Source: a virus
Length of the DNA stretch: 64,000 nucleotides
Reading direction: 5' to 3' (one strand)
Virus record (IMG/VR): IMGVR_UViG_3300030085_004825
Location: 58,392 to 122,391 of that record
The notes beneath the pieces are model-generated. The model did not search any database. It was given only the letters and a program-made list of their open reading frames with translations, and was not told where the DNA came from. The position numbers were made by a program, and so were the translations under genes. Below are positions 19,201-28,184 of this stretch, one piece after another. Numbering within the stretch: the first letter of the stretch is position 1; every line of letters starts with the position of its first letter.

Positions 19201-21329
19201 CTGGAGAAGCAGAAAATCCTTTAAAATTTATAGAACCTTTTGATGAAAAAGGAGTAGTAGTATTTAATACTAGTCCTAGAAAATATTATATAAGATTTGG
19301 GTTTCTTTTACAACTTGTAAGAGATAAAACATTAATAAAAATAGACACTAAAAAATCTGATTATAAAGATAATCCTCCTATATTTGATATATCTTATCAA
19401 CAAGGAATTTCTGATATGTTATGTATGCCTAATCAAATGTCTTTTGATTTAAATAAATGCTTTGTAAGAAATGATAGTGTAAAATATTTTAAAGACGATA
19501 AAGAGGAAAACTACAGTTTATTTTCTGAAACTTACCCTTGGGACCATAAAAACATCTCTAACCCAGATAAATATTTTGAATCAGTAAAAACTAATTTAGA
19601 ATTATTTGACCCTGATATAAATTACACATCACCAGTAGCTAAAGGAAAAGATAAAAATGTAGCTGATACTATGAACATATATTTAGAATTTGATTTTGTA
19701 GGGAACTGTATGTTATCCTCTACAGATGAAAGAGGAAATATGTCAACATATGATTTTGTTAATAATATATGTATAGGTTTAAATAAAGCCTTAGGGGGTG
19801 TAAATAACCTTGAACCTGTTATAGATGAAATAGATAATATTTTATATGTTATAGATTCCTCACCTAAATATGATTCTAAAAAATTAGATTCCTCTGATAA
19901 CCAAACCTCAGATTATATTCTACAAGTATTAGGATACACCTCAGAAAATAATATTTTTGGTGTAGAATCTACTTTTTCACGAAAAATAGATTTAAAAACT
20001 GCTATTACTCCTGAATATGCTACTATGATAGCAGTTGGAGCAACTGCAGCAGGTTATGCTAAAGGTATTGAAGCAACTTCTTTTGCTACATGGAATAAGG
20101 GACTTATAGATAGATTTAAAGCTAATTTTTTACCCCCTGAAAAACCTAAATCAGGTAGTATTTCTGAAGAAGGAAGTATTGAAACATTTAAAGAAGAAGT
20201 TATACAAACTTATCAACAAATGATGTCTTTAGATATTAATAACAATAACTATAATAGTTTAGCTATAATACCTAATGGTAATAAAAGAGAATTTGATGTT
20301 TCTAAAGCAAGTGAGAATGTTTCTATAGCTACTGAATATTATAAATTTTTATTTGGTAATAGAGCTGCTAAAGAACCTAATAAATTTGTTGGTGGTGGAA
20401 CAGGATTTATACCTTTTAAACTAAATATAACCCTAGATGGAATTTCAGGTTTTAAAATATATCAAAAATTAAAAGTTGATACTGATTTTTTACCTGATGG
20501 GTATGCTGTAACTACCGAATTTATTATTACTGGAGTAGATCATGTTTTAAGAGATAACGATTGGGAAACTAATTTAAAATTAATTATGCTTCCTAAATTT
20601 GAAGATTATAAAGAAATTGTAACTTTAGATACTTTTAGATCAACTGCTGTAACATATAATACTGAAACTATTAGTAGCCAACAAAAAAACACAGTTAAAG
20701 ATGATTCAAGTTGGGCTGATTTAGTAGTTGAAGCAACAGAATGTGTTTTTAACAATAACCCAGTACCTACAATAGCTTTCTGTGCTAAATATTCTACTAT
20801 GATTGCTAAATCTATAGTAAGTAAAATTAATAATGGTGATTGTAATAATGTAACTGGTGGATGGGGTGATGCTAATAATCCAAATTATAAAGACAAAATA
20901 GAATCCACAGGAAAATATGTATTACAAAATAGTGGTATAATAAAAGGTCCTGATCTTGCAACTAAAATGGTAGATTTCTTTAATAACTCTAATTGGGAAT
21001 ATGGAGATGTAGTTCAATATTATTTACTCCCAAATCCTAACAGTAGTGATCCAAATGAAGTAAATGGTTATAATAAATATGTAACAGATGTTACACAATG
21101 GGAAGCAGGTAATGGTACTAAAGTAAAAAGAAATGGTAGTGCTGCTTACCATATCCAAGTCTATACAGGAAAATACTCTAAAAATAATAGCGGAACAGGA
21201 TGGACTACAGATAAGAAAAATAATTATGGAACTGCATTTGTATATAAATCAAAAACCTATCTTGAAGGAGACGAATACCAAATAAATGTATTCAAAGTAA
21301 AAGATAATATTGTAAATACTTATAACTAA
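16248..21329 (+). CDS. large baseplate hub protein with C-terminal Cys/His peptidoglycan-hydrolase-like domain
   Basis: PMPGI, GYTVLLEWG, YDGMLGKVSNF.W and IPFKLNITLDGISG...F.ITGVDH hub motifs; C-terminal CAKY..GDVV..HIQVY..W.TD. Confidence 0.6.
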   Translation: MPKKILKKNVVGEELQSYVSNQIKRRQKTHGSGVLSSRTTEQLVQLNSTNSWVKLASGVAVTDKKLQDLGIFAGTGLEAFRGMGLAKNHILFGGVSNLTNNGDNYKLNQQNDFIGTYEPEQDFGIVPMPGIKDLTIKALNRGSLKKAIIKIKAQNRNQLNILDALYLRLGYTVLLEWGNSNFLTNEEGRLEKVQDTILENKELFFNEGWQNKAYDDILRKVEEYRVQYQGNYDGMLGKVSNFDWKFNSDGSYDITLTVLSYGDIIESLKTNITAPSSTYTFIDQNSIASQEGTSVNDNRSSNIIFTLLQTFKIVSNLENGKYLTPTVTINKNTPKKIGDFIEPGPETIITGKKEFYYKTIARLKRTLNSKEVTSDELKYYKITPNSSELDKRFKELATADVDAFKTVPWNTVEKLGNKLIVREPNDGWAPAQAIPYNGGNLLRWIVNAGTEEIADKEFEIRAYGFELEESSTLKNDICNPSVPNHTQKFFIPEFEDNFKETVLNKSNLGSPNSLFKKIRRDNVESLLKNKNTIYELNRTEPNQPNNKNKFIYVEDVREEPCGDWNSDLFESYDKFNGVGKELTLDLEKVKEKIRSLTKFRDVKGNIIDIKIKLDRTIRVSGDTIIKDDNVKNKDIFPIQFNPKQKADFRLTDPIINKRVIDIRVKWKKRVTNFEFLNWELPSPGYIGLKSYTDISNSNYNVNDIGKIFYPANFPNLDREDIEYYSLKSLLSKEEKKTYIAVDSEKFKQGKRDNLLVNVKNDFDVIEYPQDFTIQKDNLGDFNIIDENRYFTYPIQNSTLTTNSSPRLKRYKSETTASYPSESNDLRDPKVNYHYQHPYIVWGLSGSTINIDSNGFQIEREKVIFDGLEKGYGGESRGERFTELPIIEKTPFEFTPGRGPAYSSATFNDPAFKDKYNDDFETYKSNQGNILDSYPKPEYDTEGNIVKDGYEFFHRFVGETQEKAKSDKKPFYWDLSFEQEITTLSTGEAENPLKFIEPFDEKGVVVFNTSPRKYYIRFGFLLQLVRDKTLIKIDTKKSDYKDNPPIFDISYQQGISDMLCMPNQMSFDLNKCFVRNDSVKYFKDDKEENYSLFSETYPWDHKNISNPDKYFESVKTNLELFDPDINYTSPVAKGKDKNVADTMNIYLEFDFVGNCMLSSTDERGNMSTYDFVNNICIGLNKALGGVNNLEPVIDEIDNILYVIDSSPKYDSKKLDSSDNQTSDYILQVLGYTSENNIFGVESTFSRKIDLKTAITPEYATMIAVGATAAGYAKGIEATSFATWNKGLIDRFKANFLPPEKPKSGSISEEGSIETFKEEVIQTYQQMMSLDINNNNYNSLAIIPNGNKREFDVSKASENVSIATEYYKFLFGNRAAKEPNKFVGGGTGFIPFKLNITLDGISGFKIYQKLKVDTDFLPDGYAVTTEFIITGVDHVLRDNDWETNLKLIMLPKFEDYKEIVTLDTFRSTAVTYNTETISSQQKNTVKDDSSWADLVVEATECVFNNNPVPTIAFCAKYSTMIAKSIVSKINNGDCNNVTGGWGDANNPNYKDKIESTGKYVLQNSGIIKGPDLATKMVDFFNNSNWEYGDVVQYYLLPNPNSSDPNEVNGYNKYVTDVTQWEAGNGTKVKRNGSAAYHIQVYTGKYSKNNSGTGWTTDKKNNYGTAFVYKSKTYLEGDEYQINVFKVKDNIVNTYN

Positions 21330-21333
21330 TAAA

Positions 21334-22011
21334 ATGTATTACCCTAAATCACAAATAAAAACTGGATTTATTACTAATGGTAATGAGTATATTTTATCTA
21401 CTACTTTAGAAAATTATAAAGGTTCTTATTTTAAAACCTCAACAGGAAAAGTATTTACTGGTAAAAACCCAAATAAGTCTTCAATTAAATTATTACCTTT
21501 TAATTCTAGATATAATACCGCAACAGATTCAAATTCTCCTACTTTATCTAATAAAACTAACCCCGAAAAAACAATTGCACCTGTTACAAAACAAGCTGCT
21601 ATTTTATCTCCTGAAGATTTTAAAAAATATGCTAAATATGATTCTAACTCTTCTGTATATAGTAATACTGTTGATATTAAAACAAGAGTTATACCCCAAT
21701 TTAGTCCTACCTACCCAACAGAACAAGAAAAAGAAAAAGGTATATTTACTAGATATTTTTGTAAAAAGAATAATGAACGTAAATATATTGAAATATCTAA
21801 AGCTTCTCATGATAAACTTACAAATAAGGATGATAGTATAGCTTGGGATTTATATACAAGTTTTTCTTTTTCTTGGAAAATAAAAGGAGATAGAAATAAA
21901 ACTTATATTAGAAACCAATCCTCAGTTTCTAAAATTGAATCCCAACTAAACTATATAGGATTTTCAAAATACTTTAAAGGTAAATTTTTACAATATTTCT
22001 TGGAAGATTAA
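21334..22011 (+). CDS. hypothetical baseplate-region protein
   Basis: Long ORF closing the structural operon; MYYPKSQI...RYFCKK..EI. Confidence 0.5.
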   Translation: MYYPKSQIKTGFITNGNEYILSTTLENYKGSYFKTSTGKVFTGKNPNKSSIKLLPFNSRYNTATDSNSPTLSNKTNPEKTIAPVTKQAAILSPEDFKKYAKYDSNSSVYSNTVDIKTRVIPQFSPTYPTEQEKEKGIFTRYFCKKNNERKYIEISKASHDKLTNKDDSIAWDLYTSFSFSWKIKGDRNKTYIRNQSSVSKIESQLNYIGFSKYFKGKFLQYFLED

Positions 22012-22028
22012 AGAAACCTTAGTATCTT
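22000..22028 (+). promoter_or_regulatory. putative early/middle promoter TTGG-N19-TATCTT
   Basis: Conserved spacing; marks the start of the replication module. Confidence 0.55.
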
Positions 22029-22034
22029 AATCTT

Positions 22035-23300
22035 ATGTATTGGCTTATAGAAAATCAAACTAAGATAGATCATCTTTGTCAAATAAAACACAAAGAAGCA
22101 TATGTTGAAGTAATCCCAACATCACCATTTCTACACCCTGTAGAAAATAGTATATGTGCTATTTACATTAGACCAATAACTGATACAAAAGGGTATATTA
22201 TCCCAATAAACCATAGTGAAACAATAAATTTTGATATAGAAGAGGGAATAAAAGTACTAAACAGCATAAAAAAAATCTATATAAGAGATAAAAAAGAATT
22301 CCTACATTACATAAAAGAAATACCACTTAGCAACTTACTACAACCAACCCCATCCCCTACTACGTATATACCAGAATTAACACCTGCCCACAACCATATT
22401 AACCAAAATAGTGGTGGACGTGTGCATACTAACCCGTTAATACCAATAGTTAAACACTATGAGGTATGTGAACAAAACTATAATGAGTTTAATATAGGGG
22501 AACCAAATTTATTTTACAATAATAGAGCATCAATTGTGTTTAATATGATAGAACAAGCGGGAATCAAAGCAGATAACACGCTATATCAACATTATTTTGA
22601 TAAAGACACCAACGATGGTTATGTATACACACAATATAATTTTAACACAACAACTACGAGACCCTCTAATAGATATGGAGGTGTAAATTACTCGGCATTA
22701 AATAAAGAAAATGGAGAAAGAAAATGTTTTAAACCGCGCAATGATTTATTTATCGAAATGGATATTAGTGCTTACCATCCTACCCTTTTGGCTAGTCTCT
22801 GTGATTATAACTTTTATACTATGGATATTCATGAGTCTTTTGCTGAAATGTATGGAGTTGACTACAAAAAAGCCAAAGAAATTACGTTTAAGCAAATCTA
22901 TGGAGGGATTTGGGAAAAATATGAACATCTTCCGTACTTTAAAAAAGTAAAAGTATATACAAATGAGTTATGGGAAGAGTTTCAAATAAAAGGGTATATT
23001 GAGTGCCCAACATCTAAATATAGATTTGAGAAAGATAAACTGGATAATATGAATCCACAAAAACTTTTAAATTATCTATTACAAAATTTGGAAACCTCAA
23101 CTAATGTTCTTATATTATGGGACATATTTAAACTTTTACGAGGAAAAAATACAAAACTTGTACTATATGTTTATGATTCGTTTTTATTAGATTATGATGA
23201 AACCGAAACAGAAATTTTAGAACAAATTAAAGAAATATTTAAACAAAGAAAATTACAAATTAAAACAAAAATAGGTAAAGATTATAGCTTTACAAAATAA
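22035..23300 (+). CDS. divergent family-A DNA polymerase-like protein (short)
   Basis: TTRPS..VN, motif A MDISAYHP, motif B KKAKEITFKQIYG, NYLLQ, motif C YVYDS. Confidence 0.7.
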   Translation: MYWLIENQTKIDHLCQIKHKEAYVEVIPTSPFLHPVENSICAIYIRPITDTKGYIIPINHSETINFDIEEGIKVLNSIKKIYIRDKKEFLHYIKEIPLSNLLQPTPSPTTYIPELTPAHNHINQNSGGRVHTNPLIPIVKHYEVCEQNYNEFNIGEPNLFYNNRASIVFNMIEQAGIKADNTLYQHYFDKDTNDGYVYTQYNFNTTTTRPSNRYGGVNYSALNKENGERKCFKPRNDLFIEMDISAYHPTLLASLCDYNFYTMDIHESFAEMYGVDYKKAKEITFKQIYGGIWEKYEHLPYFKKVKVYTNELWEEFQIKGYIECPTSKYRFEKDKLDNMNPQKLLNYLLQNLETSTNVLILWDIFKLLRGKNTKLVLYVYDSFLLDYDETETEILEQIKEIFKQRKLQIKTKIGKDYSFTK

Positions 23301-23304
23301 ACTT

Positions 23305-23766
23305 ATGCTTAATACTTTAAAAGAATCACCCAATACGTATAACATATATGACTTTAATAGTGCTGTAGACCTTACGTTGATGAATAATAGATTGTTTTGT
23401 ACTTTTACTACTTTAGAAGATTTAGATAATCTTATTGAACAACTATCTAGCAAATACGTTATAATGTATAATAAAATGTTTGTTTTAAAAGTACAAAGTA
23501 ACGAAGAGTATACAGTTACATATAACGTTGATCAAGGTAATGTTAATGATATACCTGAAAATACTATTCTTGTACATAGAAAAAAAGAATCAAACACTTT
23601 ATATACAATAAATGCTCTTAATGAGTTAATAAAAAAATTAAATGGGGGAGTAGTAGATACAAAGTTTCCAATTAGTTGGCAACATTATAAAAATTGTATT
23701 CTACTTACTCAACATAATGAAATTAAACAACTAAATACAAAAATTCATAAGATTATTGAATTATAA
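23305..23766 (+). CDS. hypothetical protein
   Basis: Intact ORF inside the replication operon (LFCTF, HRKKESNTLYTINALN). Confidence 0.55.
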   Translation: MLNTLKESPNTYNIYDFNSAVDLTLMNNRLFCTFTTLEDLDNLIEQLSSKYVIMYNKMFVLKVQSNEEYTVTYNVDQGNVNDIPENTILVHRKKESNTLYTINALNELIKKLNGGVVDTKFPISWQHYKNCILLTQHNEIKQLNTKIHKIIEL

Positions 23767-23767
23767 T

Positions 23768-23798
23768 TTGGTTATTTAAATAAAGGTTAATATATTTA
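23768..23798 (+). promoter_or_regulatory. putative early/middle promoter TTGG-N19-TATATTTA
   Basis: Conserved spacing; upstream of the SSB gene. Confidence 0.6.
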
Positions 23799-23828
23799 CA
23801 GTTATAAATTTTAAAATAAAGTTATATT

Positions 23829-24659
23829 ATGAATCTAGATGCAATCAAGAAAAAGCTTGACACACTACAAAAATCCTCTAATAATAATGGAGGTAACAAA
23901 AGCGATTATATTCCGCTAAACAAATTTAAACCTTCAGTAGGTAAACAAACAGTAAGAGTTGTACCTTTTAAGTACAATAAAGACTACCCTTTTACAGAAA
24001 TGCAATTTTACTATAATATTGGTAAATTTAGAACTCTTGCTTCTCCATTAAATTGGGGTGAAAAAGACCCAATTGCAGAATTTGCAAAACAACTTAGAGG
24101 TACTAATGATAAAGAAAATTGGAAGCTAGCTAAAAAACTAGACCCTAAAACTCGTATCTTTGTTCCTGTAATTGTTAGAGGGCAAGAAGCAGAAGGAGTT
24201 CAAATGTGGGAATTTGGTAAATTAGTTTACACAGAATTTTTAAATTTAGCTGCTGATGAAGAAGTTGGTGATTTTACAGATATTGTAAATGGTAGAGATA
24301 TTAAATTAGTTACTACTAGCCCTGATCAAAATGGTACTAAATACAATAGTACTTCTATTTCACCTTCTATGAAACAAACACCTTTATCATCTGATAAAGC
24401 ACAAGTTGAAGCATGGTTAGAAGATCAACAAAACCCTAAAGAAACATTTAAACCACTTCCGTTTGATACTCTTAAAGGTGCTCTTCAAGAATGGTTATCA
24501 CCTGAGGAAGATGAAGAAGGAGAAATTTCTTCTGAACCTGCTGTAGAATTTGATGATGAAAAAACTGATTCAAATTATAGCCTTTCTACTAAAAAGAAAC
24601 AAACTAAAGTAGATAAGTTTGATGAAATGTTTGATAAAGAAGACGGTTTACCATTTTAA
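23829..24659 (+). CDS. single-stranded DNA-binding protein (gp32-like)
   Basis: VRVVP, DPIAEF, WEFGK and DFTD...GRDI motifs; acidic tail ending DGLPF. Confidence 0.75.
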   Translation: MNLDAIKKKLDTLQKSSNNNGGNKSDYIPLNKFKPSVGKQTVRVVPFKYNKDYPFTEMQFYYNIGKFRTLASPLNWGEKDPIAEFAKQLRGTNDKENWKLAKKLDPKTRIFVPVIVRGQEAEGVQMWEFGKLVYTEFLNLAADEEVGDFTDIVNGRDIKLVTTSPDQNGTKYNSTSISPSMKQTPLSSDKAQVEAWLEDQQNPKETFKPLPFDTLKGALQEWLSPEEDEEGEISSEPAVEFDDEKTDSNYSLSTKKKQTKVDKFDEMFDKEDGLPF

Positions 24660-24669
24660 ATAAAGTTAT

Positions 24670-25749
24670 ATGCCAAGAAATAGAAAATCACTGTCAGAAG
24701 CAGTAGATAATGAATTAAAATCAGATTTTAATTTAAATAGTTTTAAAAATAAAAAAGGTTTAGCATCTAATGTTAAATTTAAAGCCCAAGATTGGGTTCC
24801 ACTCTCCCCAGCATTCCAAGAAGTAACATCAGTACCAGGAATACCTTTAGGTCATATTGTTTTACTTAGAGGCCACTCAGATACAGGAAAAACTACCGCG
24901 TTACTTGAGGCAGCAGTTGCTGCCCAAAAACGTGGTATACTACCTGTTTTTATCATTACAGAAATGAAATGGTCTTGGGAGCATGCTAAAATGATGGGTT
25001 TTGAAGTTAATGAAGTATTTGATAAAGAAACAGGTGAGTTAATTGATTATGAAGGTCAATTTCTTTATGTTGATAGAGAAACTATTAATACTATAGAAGA
25101 TGTTGCAGCATTTGTTTTAGATTTAATGGATGAACAGAAAAAAGGTAATTTACCTTATGATTTAATGTTTTTATGGGATTCAATTGGTTCAGTACCTTGT
25201 GAAATGTCTGTTAAATCAAATAAAAATAATAACGAATGGAATGCAGGTGCTATGTCAACCCAATTTGGGAATAATGTTAATCAACGTATTACATTATCCC
25301 GTAAAGAAAGTTCAAAATATACGAATACTTTAGTTTGTGTTAATAAAGTTTGGGCGGCTAAACCTGCTGTACCTATGGGACAGCCTAAATTAATGAATAA
25401 AGGTGGTTTTGCAATGTGGTTTGATGCAACTTTTGTAGTAACATTTGGAAACATTGCAGATTCTGGTACGTCTAAATTAAAAGCTATTAAAGATGGTAAA
25501 CAAGTAGAATTTGCTAAACGGACAAATTTACAAATTGATAAAAATCATATTAATGGTATACAATCTAGAGGAAAAATTGTTATGACACCTCATGGGTTTA
25601 TTTTAGATAATGATAAAGATCTAAAAGATTATAAAGATTCACAAAAAGAAGAATGGAAAAAAGTATTAGGAGGAGGAGATTTTAATATAATCGAAGAAAA
25701 TTCTGATACTTCACAGGTTGAATCTTTTATTACTGAACCTGAAATATGA
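24670..25749 (+). CDS. RecA/UvsX-like recombinase
   Basis: GIPLG, Walker A GHSDTGKT, WDSIGS and KGG motifs. Confidence 0.8.
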   Translation: MPRNRKSLSEAVDNELKSDFNLNSFKNKKGLASNVKFKAQDWVPLSPAFQEVTSVPGIPLGHIVLLRGHSDTGKTTALLEAAVAAQKRGILPVFIITEMKWSWEHAKMMGFEVNEVFDKETGELIDYEGQFLYVDRETINTIEDVAAFVLDLMDEQKKGNLPYDLMFLWDSIGSVPCEMSVKSNKNNNEWNAGAMSTQFGNNVNQRITLSRKESSKYTNTLVCVNKVWAAKPAVPMGQPKLMNKGGFAMWFDATFVVTFGNIADSGTSKLKAIKDGKQVEFAKRTNLQIDKNHINGIQSRGKIVMTPHGFILDNDKDLKDYKDSQKEEWKKVLGGGDFNIIEENSDTSQVESFITEPEI

Positions 25750-26774
25750 AAAAAGATCTTTTAAATCTTTTAGATAATATACAAGAAACAGAAAAAGAAT
25801 TACCTCAATTTGAACGTTATATATTAATTGATGGACTTAATTTATTTTTTAGAAGTTTTAGTGCTATAAATGCTGTTAACCCTAAAGGAGCTCATGTAGG
25901 TGGTTTAGGAGGGTTTTTCCGCTCATTAGGGTTTTTAATTCGTCAAATTCAACCAACTAAAGTATTTGTTATATTTGATGGAAAAGGTTCTTCTAATAAT
26001 AGAAAAAATTTAATACCTGAATATAAAGCGAATCGAAATACTTCTCGAATTACTAATTGGGAAGTATTTGAAAGTTTAGAAGAAGAAGATGATTCTAAAA
26101 TTGATCAAATTGTTAGAATTATTCAATATCTAAAAACACTACCTGTAAAAACTATATCAATTGATAAAGTAGAAGCTGATGATATAATTGCATACCTAAG
26201 CAAAACCCTACCAAATAACCCTAATGATAGAACTTTTATAGTATCAAGTGATAAAGACTATCTTCAATTAGTATCAGAACAAGTTATTGTTTATAGACCT
26301 ATAGAAAAAGAATTTTATACTGAACAAACAGTAAAAGATAAATTTAATGTTACCCCTAACAATTTTCTCTTATATAAACTACTAATGGGTGATAACTCAG
26401 ATGGAATCCCAGGTATTAAAGGTTTAGGCCTTAAAAAATTATATAAACTATTTCCTGAATTAACAGGAAAAAATATGGAGCTAGATGATTTATTAGATTT
26501 ATGTGAAAATAAATTAAAAGATCATGTAATATATGCTCGTGTTTTACATGATGTAGAATTATTAGAAAATAAACATAAAGTTATGGATTTATCAAACCCA
26601 ATGATAGATGATAAAGATAAAATGTTTATAGATAAATTTGTAAAAGATGAATCTCTTAATTATTTACCATCTCAATTTATTGAAATGTACAAACAAGATC
26701 AACTTGGAGGTATTATAAGAAATGTTGACATTTGGCTTAAAGATAATTTTGAAAATTTATTGGAAAACAAATAA
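25746..26774 (+). CDS. 5'-3' exonuclease / flap endonuclease (T4 RNase H-like)
   Basis: IDGLN, FDG, YKANR, EADD, SSDKD and GDNSDGIPGIKGLG motifs. Confidence 0.9.
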   Translation: MKKDLLNLLDNIQETEKELPQFERYILIDGLNLFFRSFSAINAVNPKGAHVGGLGGFFRSLGFLIRQIQPTKVFVIFDGKGSSNNRKNLIPEYKANRNTSRITNWEVFESLEEEDDSKIDQIVRIIQYLKTLPVKTISIDKVEADDIIAYLSKTLPNNPNDRTFIVSSDKDYLQLVSEQVIVYRPIEKEFYTEQTVKDKFNVTPNNFLLYKLLMGDNSDGIPGIKGLGLKKLYKLFPELTGKNMELDDLLDLCENKLKDHVIYARVLHDVELLENKHKVMDLSNPMIDDKDKMFIDKFVKDESLNYLPSQFIEMYKQDQLGGIIRNVDIWLKDNFENLLENK

Positions 26775-26790
26775 ATTATTGTTATATTTA
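26760..26790 (+). promoter_or_regulatory. putative early/middle promoter TTGG-N19-TATATTTA
   Basis: Conserved spacing; upstream of the helicase gene. Confidence 0.6.
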
Positions 26791-26807
26791 AATAAAAGTT
26801 ATAAAAA

Positions 26808-28166
26808 ATGACGTTAAAATCAATTGACGAATACGGCTCAATCTTTCAAATGAAGGTTATTTCTTCATTACTAACACATAAGAATTTTTTACAAAACATA
26901 AATGATGTTTTAGATAGTGAGTATTTTACTAACCCTGCACATAAATGGGTTATAAATGAAATATTAGATTACTACGAAAAATATCATACTACTATTTCAA
27001 TGGATATTTTAAAAGTTGAAATGAAAAAAGTAGAAAATGAAGTACTTCAAGTTTCAATTAGAGAACAACTTCGTGAAGCATATAAAGCAGATATAGATGA
27101 TTTAACTTATGTTCAAGAAGAATTTTCTGCATTTTGTAAAAATCAACAACTTAAAAAAGCATTATTAAATAGTGTAGATTTACTTAAAGCAGGTGATTAT
27201 GATTCTATAAAATATATGATTGAAGCTGCTATGAAAGCAGGCCAAGATAAGAATATAGGACATGAATATAGAAAAGATGTAGAATCTAGATATAGGGAAG
27301 ATCATAGAACAACTGTACCAACACCTTGGGAACCTATAAACCAATTAATACAAGGTGGTTTAGGTAATGGTGATTTAGGGTTAATATTTGGAAATCCTGG
27401 TGGAGGTAAATCTTGGACACTAGTTGCTTTAGGTGGGTTTGCTGTAAAAATGGGTTATAATGTAATCCATTATACTTTAGAACTAAGTGAATCATACACA
27501 GGTAGACGATATGATGCTTTTTTTACTAATGTTCCTGTAGATAATTTAGAAAAACATAAAACCAAAGTAGAAGAAATAATACCTGAACTTCCAGGTGAAT
27601 TAATAATCAAAGAATATCCTATGGGTAAAACTACTATGTCTACAATAGAAGCCCATATTAAAAAGGTTACAGATTTAGGAATAAAACCTGATTTAATTAT
27701 TATTGATTATATTGATCTTCTTTCAACAAAAAAGAAAACTGTTGACCGTAAGGGAGAAATAGATGATATTTATACTAGTACTAAAGGATTAGCAAGACAA
27801 CTTAACATACCAATATGGTCAGTTTCTCAAGTAAATCGTGCAGGCGCTAAAGATAATGTTATAGAAGGAGATAAAGCAGCTGGTAGTTACGATAAAATGA
27901 TGATCACAGATTTGTCTATATCCTTATCAAGAAAAAAAGAAGATAAAGTAAACGGAACAGGAAGATTTCACATTATGAAAAATCGATATGGGATGGATGG
28001 CCTTACTTACCAAGTTAATGTTGATACAACTATTGGTAAAATAGAAATTGGTGATGTATATGATGATGAAGCTGATACTGTTACCCCTAGTTCTCCAAAC
28101 AATGAAAATTTTGACAATTTAGATCGTAAAATGTTAAAAAAGAAGTTTTTTGAATTAAATTCATAA
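26808..28166 (+). CDS. replicative DnaB/gp41-like helicase
   Basis: GNPGGGKS Walker A, TLE, IIIDYIDL, SQVNR and KNRYG motifs. Confidence 0.9.
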   Translation: MTLKSIDEYGSIFQMKVISSLLTHKNFLQNINDVLDSEYFTNPAHKWVINEILDYYEKYHTTISMDILKVEMKKVENEVLQVSIREQLREAYKADIDDLTYVQEEFSAFCKNQQLKKALLNSVDLLKAGDYDSIKYMIEAAMKAGQDKNIGHEYRKDVESRYREDHRTTVPTPWEPINQLIQGGLGNGDLGLIFGNPGGGKSWTLVALGGFAVKMGYNVIHYTLELSESYTGRRYDAFFTNVPVDNLEKHKTKVEEIIPELPGELIIKEYPMGKTTMSTIEAHIKKVTDLGIKPDLIIIDYIDLLSTKKKTVDRKGEIDDIYTSTKGLARQLNIPIWSVSQVNRAGAKDNVIEGDKAAGSYDKMMITDLSISLSRKKEDKVNGTGRFHIMKNRYGMDGLTYQVNVDTTIGKIEIGDVYDDEADTVTPSSPNNENFDNLDRKMLKKKFFELNS

Positions 28167-28184
28167 CCCTAAATTTTTATTAAA

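Noticed and set aside
3622-21329. Bacterial contractile injection system (eCIS/T6SS) instead of a phage tail
   Set aside because: Neck genes, a T4-like replisome, RNR and single-strand gene packing indicate a phage genome.
21575-21841. 88-aa +1-frame ORF inside 21334-22011
   Set aside because: TTG start, no codon or GC anomaly, and L/I/K composition typical of an off-frame read in AT-rich DNA.
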